Source: an uncultured delta proteobacterium (GTDB lineage Bacteria; Desulfobacterota; Binatia; UBA9968). From it: a DNA stretch of 64,000 nucleotides. The translations under genes were made by a program, and so were the position numbers. The stretch is taken from positions 1 through 64,000 of the forward strand of contig CAVYTU010000007.1 in NCBI GenBank assembly GCA_963771465.1, in the 5' to 3' direction. This document shows, piece by piece, positions 12,855 to 21,958 of this stretch; the first letter of the stretch is position 1; each line of letters begins with the position of its first letter. A model generated the notes under the pieces. It ran no database searches, was not told the origin of the DNA, and worked only from the letters and a program-made list of their open reading frames with translations.

Positions 12855-13377
12855 GGTAGTGACGCATTTTGAAATCGAATAGGAGGTGTCGCAAAATTAT
12901 TTCAAACGCGTCCAATATTGAACAGAACTCTTTGCACACGTAGGGGATTGTCAGGAGCGAGAGCCTAAACCCTAAGGGGAAGTCCTGATGATACCCATAG
13001 AGATCAAACTGATTAGCTAAAAGAACGCGCCACCTAATCGAGGCGGCCAATTATACACTTGAGTATTCCAATACCATAATCGAGCAATCGAAAAAATTGA
13101 TTCTTAGCATGAACCAACAATACTTTATTGACACGAAGGATATCCGGGCGAATGCCTCCACACCCGGAAAGAGGCTATGATCGACAAACCCGACATCAAG
13201 CATGTTTCGACAAGCCAGATTGAGTGCCAGAATTTGACTATGCGAATGAATATGCGCCGGTTCACGCTGATTCACAAATCGTTGCGCGTAACCCCTGCAA
13301 TGGAAGCCGGAGTCAGCAATCATGTTTGGTCGGTCGAGGAAATCGCGGAATTACTAAATTGAAAATGAGTCACTACC
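12855..13377. mobile_element. non-autonomous IS1-family-derived element (523 bp)
   Basis: 21-bp terminal IRs GGTAGTGAC(G/T)CATTTT(G/C)AA(A/T)T; 8-bp TSD ATTCTTTC at 12847-12854 and 13378-13385. Confidence 0.85.
13177..13362 (+). pseudogene. IS1-family transposase C-terminal remnant with internal deletion
   Basis: STSQIECQNLTMRMNMRRFT joined directly to RVTPAMEAGVSNHVWSVEEI. Confidence 0.8.
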
Positions 13378-13480
13378 ATTCTTTCGCAGCGCTGCGAAAT
13401 GGCCGGGTTTTTGATTCCCGTGGCTGCGAAGATTTTCCCTGTCAAGCGGGCAAATCGGCTGAGATTCTAGCGAATTGTCA

Positions 13481-13495
13481 TGGCATATCGATTGC
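13481..13495 (+). promoter_or_regulatory. sigma54 promoter of the doxX-ferritin-USP operon
   Basis: TGGCATATCGATTGC. Confidence 0.7.
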
Positions 13496-13549
13496 GGTGG
13501 TGACTGGGCAGTAGAAACAGAAAATGGTGAGAAATCAGGAGGAGAGATT

Positions 13550-14116
13550 ATGAGTACAGCAAGAATTGCAATAGAGGAGCCGCGCATCGCCACGCTGCTA
13601 TTTAGCGATGTACGATTCGCTTGGCTTTGGCTGCCGCTACGGCTGTACCTCGGTTACATGTGGTTCGAGGCGGGCTGGCATAAATTCACCGATCCGAAGT
13701 GGATGGGGACAGGAGAGGCGTTGCTGGAATACTGGAAGCGCGGTCTCAAGATGACGCCGAAACCGGCGATCTCCTACGACTGGTATCGTAGCTTCATCGA
13801 ATACCTGGTGAGCGCGGAGGCTCACACCTGGTTCTCCAAAATTATTATTTTCGGCGAGCTGGCGATTGCTACCGCATTGATCCTCGGCGCGTTTGTCGGC
13901 ATCGCTGCGTTCTTTGGCGGCATGATGAACTGGAGTTTTATTATGGCCGGTTCGGCGTCGACCAACGGCATGTTGTTCGCAATCGCCACTTGGTTAGTGC
14001 TGGCGTGGCGCAACGCCGGATGGATTGGACTCGACCGCTGGCTGCTTCCGACCGTGGGCACACCGTGGAAACCCGGACATGTGTTTCGGCGGGCCGCTAC
14101 GGCGAAGGCGAATTAG
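13550..14116 (+). CDS. DoxX / thiosulfate:quinone oxidoreductase small subunit-like membrane protein
   Basis: LRLYLGYMWFEAGWHK, GELAI, AGSASTN, AGWIGLDRW; AGGAGG RBS. Confidence 0.8.
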   Translation: MSTARIAIEEPRIATLLFSDVRFAWLWLPLRLYLGYMWFEAGWHKFTDPKWMGTGEALLEYWKRGLKMTPKPAISYDWYRSFIEYLVSAEAHTWFSKIIIFGELAIATALILGAFVGIAAFFGGMMNWSFIMAGSASTNGMLFAIATWLVLAWRNAGWIGLDRWLLPTVGTPWKPGHVFRRAATAKAN

Positions 14117-14186
14117 CCGAGCGCATCCCTAAGCGGGCGGGCGAAAGTCCCGCCCGCAGCGCGATTTCAGAGGAAGGAGAAAGGTC

Positions 14187-14693
14187 ATGGAAGAGTTCAC
14201 TGATGTCAACGTGATGTCTGATTTCTTCAAAGGTGAGGATCAACCCTCGGCGATCGAAAAGCTCTTGAATGAATTTGAAACGCATGAGAGCAAAGAAGAA
14301 AAATCCCTCGAACATTATCGCAGCGCGCTCGGCGACATCAAGAACCCGGTGAATCGCTTCGTGCTTCAGTTGGTGGTCTCCGACGAAGAAAAACATCGGG
14401 CGGTGGTGCACGCGATGGCGGCGACGCTCAAGGGCAGTTTGACCTGGACCAAGCCGGCAGGCAGCCTCGAAGGCGACCCGGACAACGCGGCGACCAATCG
14501 CACACTTCTGGCCGTTACCGACGAGTTTATCAAACTTGAAAGGGATGGCATTAAAGAATACAAAAGTTTATTGACAGCGAGCGAGGATTACTATCACGGC
14601 TTGTTCAAGATCCTGATCGGTGCGATGATCCGCGACTCGGAAAAGCATATCGAATTGCTGAAATTCCTCCGCGACCGACTGACGGTACAATGA
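14187..14693 (+). CDS. ferritin-like (rubrerythrin-type diiron) protein
   Basis: Two ExxH motifs (DEEKH, DSEKH). Confidence 0.7.
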   Translation: MEEFTDVNVMSDFFKGEDQPSAIEKLLNEFETHESKEEKSLEHYRSALGDIKNPVNRFVLQLVVSDEEKHRAVVHAMAATLKGSLTWTKPAGSLEGDPDNAATNRTLLAVTDEFIKLERDGIKEYKSLLTASEDYYHGLFKILIGAMIRDSEKHIELLKFLRDRLTVQ

Positions 14694-14867
14694 GTGAGCG
14701 AGCCGTTCGATCCACTGTTGCGCTTCGCCGAGATCGAACGGCTCGTCTCCAAGATTTGTTTTCGCTTGTCCCATCTCTTTTTCGTGCGGCCGGAGTTGCG
14801 CGATTTTTGCTGGGAGATGGCCGCCCGTGAGGAAGAGCAGCACGCCTGCATTTTGCACGTGGATTGA
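14694..14867 (+). CDS. short ferritin-like protein or fragment (57 aa)
   Basis: Manual: VSEPFDPLLRFAEIERLVSK...WEMAAREEEQHACILHVD; starts directly after the upstream stop. Confidence 0.45.
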   Translation: MSEPFDPLLRFAEIERLVSKICFRLSHLFFVRPELRDFCWEMAAREEEQHACILHVD

Positions 14868-14891
14868 GAGCCATTGGCAGAGGAGAAAAAT

Positions 14892-15794
14892 ATGTACTCA
14901 AAGCTGCTGATTCCATTAGACGGTTCCAAAACTGCGGAGCAAGTATTGCCTTTTGCGCGCATCTTGGCTGCCAAGCTAAAGCTTCCGGTGGAACTGATGG
15001 ATGTGATCGACATCTCGGCAATGTCAGCTTACATCGCAAGCGATAAGGCGCGTTATCTCGACACATTTATTGCCGAAGGCGAACGAGTGAGCCGAGAATA
15101 CTTGGATGAAATCGCCGCTGGGCTTGCCGGTGTCAAGGTCTCGCGTACCGTCATCCGCGGCAAGCCCGCCGACGCGATCATCGAGCACGCCGGCGCGGAA
15201 AAAGGCACTTTGATCGCCATGGCGACCCACGGCCGGTCGGGTCTTGACCGCTGGATGCTCGGCAGCGTGGCCGAAAAGGTATTGCGCGGTTCGCACAATC
15301 CGCTGTTTCTCGTGCGCGTTCATGCGGAAGGGGTGACGGTTGGTGCAGCGATGATCAAATCCGTCGTCGTGCCGCTCGACGGGTCGGAGTTAGCTGAGTC
15401 GGTGCTGCCGACGGCAATGGAATTCGCTAAGGCGCTCGACCTCGAAGTCGTACTTTGCCGAGCCTACGAGCTTGCCGCGTCGGCGTACCAAGGAAACGAA
15501 GACTACTTGCCCAACTATGACGAGATGCTCCGGCAGGTCAAAGCGGAAGCGGAGAGTTATCTCGCCGAAAAAGCCGCCGCCCTTAATGCGGCGGGGTTGT
15601 CGAGAGTTTCCGTGGTCGCACTGGCAGGTTCCGGCGCGGAGGAGATCGTCCGTTACGCGCAGACGCACCGCGACGCGCTAGTGGTCATGTGTACCCACGG
15701 CCGCTCCGGTATATCCCGCTGGGTTCTTGGCAGTGTAACCGAACGAGTGGTGCGCCACTCCGATGTCCCGGTGCTGGTGCTTCACGGTTCATAG
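14892..15794 (+). CDS. universal stress protein (two USP domains)
   Basis: PLDGS twice; MATHGRSG..LGSVAEKV; MCTHGRSG..LGSVTERV. Confidence 0.92.
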   Translation: MYSKLLIPLDGSKTAEQVLPFARILAAKLKLPVELMDVIDISAMSAYIASDKARYLDTFIAEGERVSREYLDEIAAGLAGVKVSRTVIRGKPADAIIEHAGAEKGTLIAMATHGRSGLDRWMLGSVAEKVLRGSHNPLFLVRVHAEGVTVGAAMIKSVVVPLDGSELAESVLPTAMEFAKALDLEVVLCRAYELAASAYQGNEDYLPNYDEMLRQVKAEAESYLAEKAAALNAAGLSRVSVVALAGSGAEEIVRYAQTHRDALVVMCTHGRSGISRWVLGSVTERVVRHSDVPVLVLHGS

Positions 15795-15873
15795 CACGTG
15801 ACCATTCTTTGCACGGAGGCAGCAATGGGCTCACCTCAATAGACTTCATGGGTTCGCAACTGAGCAGGTAGTT

Positions 15874-16344
15874 ATGGTCAAGATCAAAAAAATACTGGCA
15901 CCCACGGACTATTCAGAGTTGTCTTGCATCGGGCTGCGCCGTGCCTTTGAAAACGCGCGGGAGTTTGGCGCCGAGTTGATCGTGCTGCATGTGGTGTCGA
16001 TGAACGACGATTGGTTCTCCAAACATGAGGAGCTTAGCCCGGTGCATAGTCTTTTGGCAGAGCAGAAAGAATGCCTCGATAGGTTTTTGCGCGAGAAGTT
16101 TGCCGATCTGATGAATCTTGTCGAAGTGCGCGAGAGAGTCGAGCTAGGCACCGCTTATGCGAACATAGCCGCGCTGGCGGAGCGCGAAGGGGTGGACTTA
16201 ATCATCATGTCGACCTATGGCCGGACGGGTTTCGATCACATCCTGCTCGGCAGCGTTACCGAGAAAGTGATCGCCCATGCAAGTTGCCCGGTGCTGGCGA
16301 TACCGTCGTCGAGCTCCCATGCGCCGGTCGCTGAAGCGGCGTGA
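15874..16344 (+). CDS. universal stress protein
   Basis: ILAPTDYS, GRTG..LLGSVTEKV..CPVL. Confidence 0.9.
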   Translation: MVKIKKILAPTDYSELSCIGLRRAFENAREFGAELIVLHVVSMNDDWFSKHEELSPVHSLLAEQKECLDRFLREKFADLMNLVEVRERVELGTAYANIAALAEREGVDLIIMSTYGRTGFDHILLGSVTEKVIAHASCPVLAIPSSSSHAPVAEAA

Positions 16345-16412
16345 GGTAAATTAAGAAGGCAAAAGTAAAAGGAAAAGTAAAAATGCTCCAACGGACGGTA
16401 CGATGACTGCCG

Positions 16413-17621
16413 CTAAGGATCACTTCTGACGCGAAAGCCTGAGTGGCGCAGGCTTTCGTGTAGTTGGTGGGCGTGATCGGGGCCGGTGGTTTCGAGAGTG
16501 ATTTCTACTTCGGTTTCGCCGATCGCCATCTGGCCGAAGCCGCGGCTTTGGTCAATCTGTAAAATATTGGCGCCCAGGTCGGCGATGCACTGGCTAAGCC
16601 GCGCGAGATTACCGGGCCGATCTGGGATGATGACATTCAAACGCGTCAAGCGGCCATCCTGAATCAAGCCCTTTTCGATGATGCGCGAGATCAGATTCAT
16701 GTCGATGTTACCGCCGGAGACGACCAGACCGACGTTTTTCCCGGCGAGCGAAACTTTCTTATTGAGCAATGCCGCCAGAGCCACGGCGGCCGCACCTTCC
16801 GCGACCGTCTTTTCGACTTCGAGCAGCATCAAGACTGCATTGGCGATCTCGCCTTCGCTCACCGTGACAATTTCATCGACATAATTTTTCACCAATTCCA
16901 ATGGCGTGGCGCCGACCGCGCGCACGGCGATACCGTCGGCGATGGTCGTCGCCGCAGGAAGCTTTTCCGGCGCGCCTTTTTCCAGTGCCGCTTTCATTGC
17001 CGGCACCGCTTCGCTCTGTACGCCGATAACTCGGACCTTAGGCAGCAATGTTTTCAGCGCCAGCGCGATGCCGGCGATAAGTCCGCCGCCACCGACCGGT
17101 ACCATTACCGCGTTCAGATCGGGATTCTGCTCATAAAGCTCGAGGCCGATGGTTCCCTGCCCGGCAACGATCCAAGGATCGTCAAACGCCGAGATGAAGG
17201 TGAGTGCTTTTTCTTGGCTGAGCCTTATAGCTTCGGCATAAGCGCCGTCATAATCGCTGCCATGAAGAACGCTCTCAGCGCCATAGTGGCGCACGCGCGT
17301 GACTTTGATGAGCGGCGCCGAGGTCGGCATGACGATAGTCGAAGCGATTTTCAAGCGCCGGCTGTGATACGCCACCGCCATGCCGTGATTACCGGCGCTG
17401 GCGGCAATTACGCCGCGCTTGCTCTCCTCAGGCGTCAGAGTGAGTAAGCGGTTAAGCGCGCCACGTTCCTTGAACGAGCCCGTGAGCTGCAAGTTTTCCA
17501 GCTTGAAAAAAACCCGATTGCCAGTGAGTTGGCTGACGGTTTCCGAGTGAGGAAAGGGCGAAAGATAGATCTGATCCTTAATCCGCTCGCGCGCTTCTTC
17601 GACATCGACAAAGCTGATCAT
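16413..17621 (-). CDS. ilvA: threonine ammonia-lyase (ACT-containing)
   Basis: KLENLQLTGSFKERGA, ASAGNHG, PVGGGGL, SGGNID, PDRPG. Confidence 0.92.
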   Translation of the reverse strand: MISFVDVEEARERIKDQIYLSPFPHSETVSQLTGNRVFFKLENLQLTGSFKERGALNRLLTLTPEESKRGVIAASAGNHGMAVAYHSRRLKIASTIVMPTSAPLIKVTRVRHYGAESVLHGSDYDGAYAEAIRLSQEKALTFISAFDDPWIVAGQGTIGLELYEQNPDLNAVMVPVGGGGLIAGIALALKTLLPKVRVIGVQSEAVPAMKAALEKGAPEKLPAATTIADGIAVRAVGATPLELVKNYVDEIVTVSEGEIANAVLMLLEVEKTVAEGAAAVALAALLNKKVSLAGKNVGLVVSGGNIDMNLISRIIEKGLIQDGRLTRLNVIIPDRPGNLARLSQCIADLGANILQIDQSRGFGQMAIGETEVEITLETTGPDHAHQLHESLRHSGFRVRSDP

Positions 17622-17750
17622 GGTGCACGACGTTAAGATAAAAAGCCTGGCATATGCAAGTTTGATCGGATAGAAAGTAGAAAGGTAAAAGTTAAAATGC
17701 GGTTCATGATGACGCTCGACAATTAAAAACTAAGCACTCAAACTAATTGC

Positions 17751-18882
17751 ATGGCTGATTCACACGCAGATTCGAACCAAGCTGATATCACCCGTTACGC
17801 TCAGAATTATCTGATCGAGATGGATGGCATCGAGCTTTACCGTCTGCTCGCCGAAGCGGAGAAAGACGACAAGCGCGCTGCGATTTTCCAAAAGATGATC
17901 AAGGCCGAGGAGCGCCACGCGCAACGCTGGGCGCGCTTGATTCAAAACGGCGGCGGCACGGTGCCGAATTACCGGCGCAGCATGCGAGTTAGGTTGTTCG
18001 GCTGGATGGCGCGCCACTTCGGCACTACGCGGGTTGTGCCGCTGATCAGCGCTCTAGAAGCGCGTGATGAAGCGGGCTACTTGCAGCAGGACGAAGCGGT
18101 GGGTTTGCCTGCCCAAGAGCGTGCTCATAGCCGAGCGCTACGCGAGATGGGTGAGACGCCCGCCGGGCAAAGCGATATCGTTGGCCGCGAAGGTTGGCAT
18201 ATCGCATCAGGGGGCGGCAGCCTGCGCGCGGCGGTTTTTGGCATCAACGATGGCTTGGTGTCGAACTTCAGTTTGGTCATGGGTTTCGCCGGTGCCGACG
18301 CAAAGCCGGAGTATATCCTGCTTGCGGGAGTTGCCGGATTGCTCGCCGGCTCATTTTCCATGGCTGCTGGCGAATATGTTTCGGTGAGTGCCCAGCGTGA
18401 GCTGTTCGAGCAGCAGATCGCCATGGAGAAACAAGAACTGGAGATGTCGCCCAAGGAAGAGGAAGAAGAGCTTTCGTTAATCTATCAGGCGAAAGGGAAT
18501 TCCGGAAGCTGACGCCCGCATGATGGCGCGCCGAATTATTCAGAACCCGAGAACCGCGATTGACACCTTGGCGCGCGAAGAGCTGGGTCTCGATCCATCG
18601 CAGCTAGGATCGCCGTGGATCGCCGCCGGAAGTTCTTTCGTTGCATTTATCGTCGGCGCCCTCGTCCCCGTGCTTCCCTACATCGTCACTTCGGGTGCGA
18701 AAGCATTCGGCGCGAGCGCGGTGCTGAGTTGTTTGGCGCTATTCGCCGTGGGCGCGCTGATTTCCATTTTCACCGCGCGCGGGCCGTTGTCGAGCGGCGC
18801 GCGTATGCTCGGCATCGGCCTGCTGGCTTCGGCGATTACGTATTTCGTGGGTTCATTGCTCGGTGTGTCCGTGGCGGGTTAG
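17751..18882 (+). CDS. rubrerythrin-like + VIT1/CCC1 transporter, +1 frameshift near 18497
   Basis: EERH N-terminal domain; LRAAVFGINDGLVS, SMAAGEYVSV; removing one base restores YQAKGIPEADAR into the 18520 ORF. Confidence 0.85.
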
Positions 18883-18907
18883 CCGTTGTGGGCGAGCTTG
18901 GTGTTAA

Positions 18908-20353
18908 TTAATTTGACTTCTTACCTTCGATGACCGCTTTTAGTTTCTTGCCGAAGTCAGCGTTGTCGTAATAACCCTTAAAGCGTTCGGCGCCGACGCC
19001 GAGGGCGCCGACTAAGACGGGTTGGTTGGTATGGGCGGCGGTCTGCCAATAGATTTGCGTGTTATTGGCGACCATCATGCCTAGCGCGTTCGTCGTTGGA
19101 TCCAAAAACATCGTGCGTGAAACCGGCTGGCGTTTGACGATGGCTTCTTTATATTCCGGCGCGAGAGTAAAGCCTGGAAAATGATCGCGCATGAGTTTGT
19201 CTACCGCTTCGCCGGTGGGGCTGCGGCCGAGTATTTGCGATGCTTTTCTAAGCGAAATGCCGATGGCCTGAAGCTTCTTAAAATCGTCCACCGTGCCGGA
19301 TACTAGATTGTCGCTTTTGGTGCTGGTCAAATCTTTGAGCGCTAGGGTAAAGCCGAGCCCGCCGGTCTCATGGTCGGACGCCACGAGTATCAACGTTTCG
19401 CGCGGATACTTTTTGTAAAAATCGTAAGCCAATCCGACCGCGCGGTCGAACTCGCGATAATCTTGAATTACGGAAGCAATGTCGGTGAGGTGTCCGGCGC
19501 TGTCGATGTTTTCCGATTCGATAAAGGCGAAAAATCCCCTCGGGTTCTGATCGTGCAGCAGACGAATGGTCGCGCTGGTCATATCGTAAATCGAAGGCTC
19601 GACGTTCTTATCGCGATCGAGTTCGAAGTTCATGTCGCGATCATTAAACAATCCCAAAACTTTGCCTTTCGATAGCCGCGCCAGATCGTCTTTGTTGCCG
19701 ACATGGCGATAACCCTTTTTCTCGAAGTCCGCGATCAGATTGGTTTCGTCGGCGCGTCGGCTGCCGGGTTGACTCTTCGGCAGGAACTGTTCTCTGCCGC
19801 CGCCCAAAAGAACATCGGGTGCGAGGTCGAGATAGCGATTCAATATCGCCGCATAGTCGCGGCGATTGGGCACATGGCAGACGAACGCCGCGGGACTGGC
19901 GTCGTAGACGCTGGAGTTCGTAACCAATCCGAGCTTCATGCCGCGTTGCCGGGCAATCTCCATCGCGCTCACCGCCACCGTCCCATCGGCACAGACGCCG
20001 AGGGCGCCGATGTTCGCCTTGCAGCCGCCGGCCATGGCGGTGGCCGCGGCCGCCGAGTCGGTGGATAGACTGTCGGCGGCGTGGGTTGTCATCACACCGA
20101 CGCTGCCCTCTTTTATGATTTTATCGACGATCACGAAGCCTTCGTTGTGAACGTGGCGGTTGTACTGGCGGGCGATCTCCAGATGCGCCATGCCGCCGCC
20201 GTCGGAGAGAAACAGAAAAATATACTTAGGCGCGCCGTTGGGGACGGATTGCGCATTGCTATTTTCACCACTCGCCAACAGTACGAGGAGGGTGATCGCT
20301 ATGCCGATGAGATATCGTAGTGATTGCAATGACAATGGTGTCGGTGTTTTCAT
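18908..20353 (-). CDS. secreted alkaline phosphatase (PhoA-like)
   Basis: Signal peptide, TDSAAAATA, DASPAAF, IDSAGH, SDHETGG, HT. Confidence 0.88.
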   Translation of the reverse strand: MKTPTPLSLQSLRYLIGIAITLLVLLASGENSNAQSVPNGAPKYIFLFLSDGGGMAHLEIARQYNRHVHNEGFVIVDKIIKEGSVGVMTTHAADSLSTDSAAAATAMAGGCKANIGALGVCADGTVAVSAMEIARQRGMKLGLVTNSSVYDASPAAFVCHVPNRRDYAAILNRYLDLAPDVLLGGGREQFLPKSQPGSRRADETNLIADFEKKGYRHVGNKDDLARLSKGKVLGLFNDRDMNFELDRDKNVEPSIYDMTSATIRLLHDQNPRGFFAFIESENIDSAGHLTDIASVIQDYREFDRAVGLAYDFYKKYPRETLILVASDHETGGLGFTLALKDLTSTKSDNLVSGTVDDFKKLQAIGISLRKASQILGRSPTGEAVDKLMRDHFPGFTLAPEYKEAIVKRQPVSRTMFLDPTTNALGMMVANNTQIYWQTAAHTNQPVLVGALGVGAERFKGYYDNADFGKKLKAVIEGKKSN

Positions 20354-21063
20354 TTAACCTCGTGCGACTGATGAATTGCCAAGCTTCGGAGCTGAAGCCA
20401 AAGCGATAGCGCGGTATAGTAGGCCGGATAGAAAAGCGACGCAAACAAAATCGCCCGCGGCGGCTCCGGCAGGCGATAGATGGCATAAAGAATAGCGGCG
20501 CCCCAGAGCGCGCCAAGCACATTGGACTGGACGCGAAAGCGCGGACTACGGCTTGGATAGATGTATTTGATCGGCACGAATATCAGGATCGAGAGCGCAA
20601 TAAGCGCAAACGCATTTAGCCACGCGGGTGATTTCAGCACATAGAGATAAAAGGCCACGATGTTCCAATAGGACGGAAAGCCAAGAAAGAAATTGTCGGC
20701 GGTCTTGGCGTCGCGCTGGCAAAATCCATAGGCGCTGGCGAGAAGCGGCAAGGCGGCGAGCCAGAGCGCATCTTGGCCGGGCAATAGATTTGCCCGCAGC
20801 ATGAAGAAGCAGGGTACGACCGCGTAATTGAAATAATCGACGATGGCATCGAGCATTTCGCCGTCGAACCAGGGGATAATCTCTTTGACGTGGGCAGCGC
20901 GGGCCAATGTGCCGTCAGTGGCGTCGATGACGACGGCCAAGGCCATTAAGAATAAAGCATCGCGAAATGCCGCCTGGTCGATGGCGAGAATCGTTAAAAA
21001 CCCGATGACCACGCCAAATGCGGTATAGAGGTGGACAAGCCAGGCGAGAACAAGCTTCGCCAT
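20350..21063 (-). CDS. phosphatidylcholine synthase-like CDP-alcohol phosphatidyltransferase
   Basis: VHLYTA, DATDGTLAR, FDG..LD.IVDY, FLGFPSYWN. Confidence 0.82.
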   Translation of the reverse strand: MAKLVLAWLVHLYTAFGVVIGFLTILAIDQAAFRDALFLMALAVVIDATDGTLARAAHVKEIIPWFDGEMLDAIVDYFNYAVVPCFFMLRANLLPGQDALWLAALPLLASAYGFCQRDAKTADNFFLGFPSYWNIVAFYLYVLKSPAWLNAFALIALSILIFVPIKYIYPSRSPRFRVQSNVLGALWGAAILYAIYRLPEPPRAILFASLFYPAYYTALSLWLQLRSLAIHQSHEVK

Positions 21064-21203
21064 GACTCGATCAGGCAGTTTCGCAGATGGAAGATGGAGA
21101 TTGAAAGGTCGCGATCTTCAAGCCTCGGCTCCCGCACCACTGACGGTTGCATGCGAATCGTTCATGATACGCGCGTCGAACCATGAACGGAGACATCTGC
21201 TTC

Positions 21204-21812
21204 TTACTGCGCCGAAGCGGCGAAACTGGGGCGCGCTTTGAGGCGGGCGATCCAGGCCACGGTGTTGGGGTATTTGGCCGCGTCGATGGCAATGCCAAAA
21301 CGATCGAGCAATTCAATGTTCGACATAAAGGCGACATCGGCGAGGCTAAAAGCGCCGGTGAGATATTCCTTGCCCTTGAGATCCTGCTCAATCTTATCGA
21401 ACGCTTTGTTGATCTCAGCCTTGGCGTTATCGATCCTGGCAGTGTCGCGTTCGCCTTCGGGCTTGCGCGTCTCTTGCATGATATGGACGAAGTAAGGGTT
21501 AAAGTGGCTGTCGCGAAAGTCTTCCATCAGCCGGGCGCGCGCCCGGCCTTCCGAGTCCTTGGGCATGAGCGACGGGTAAGGATATTCGTCTTCTAGATAC
21601 TCATTGATCACCGTCGAGTCATAAACGATGAAGCCTTCATCGTCCAATGCCGGAATTTGACCGAAGGGATGAATCTTTAAGTATTCCGGTGCCTTTTGCT
21701 CTCTTTTGGTAAGGTCGACGTTAATCCGTTCGAACTCCAATCCTTTTTCCAACAGGGCGATTCGCACCTTGCGCGAATTGGTCGAGGGCGGAAACGTGTA
21801 AAGCTTGATCAT
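21204..21812 (-). CDS. glutathione S-transferase family protein
   Basis: HPFGQIPAL, DSTVINEYL, FSLADVA, ARPSF. Confidence 0.92.
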   Translation of the reverse strand: MIKLYTFPPSTNSRKVRIALLEKGLEFERINVDLTKREQKAPEYLKIHPFGQIPALDDEGFIVYDSTVINEYLEDEYPYPSLMPKDSEGRARARLMEDFRDSHFNPYFVHIMQETRKPEGERDTARIDNAKAEINKAFDKIEQDLKGKEYLTGAFSLADVAFMSNIELLDRFGIAIDAAKYPNTVAWIARLKARPSFAASAQ

Positions 21813-21958
21813 CGACAGCGAACCTCCTTGAGCCACACAGCTGTAAGTATACTAACATAGAGTGTTTTTAGCTGCGAGGGTTTTTTCGCAAATAGTGGAA
21901 ATTTCCGCCAAAGCCGGCGGCGTGGGAGTCGCGGCTCGCACTCGCAGCTATTGAAGCG

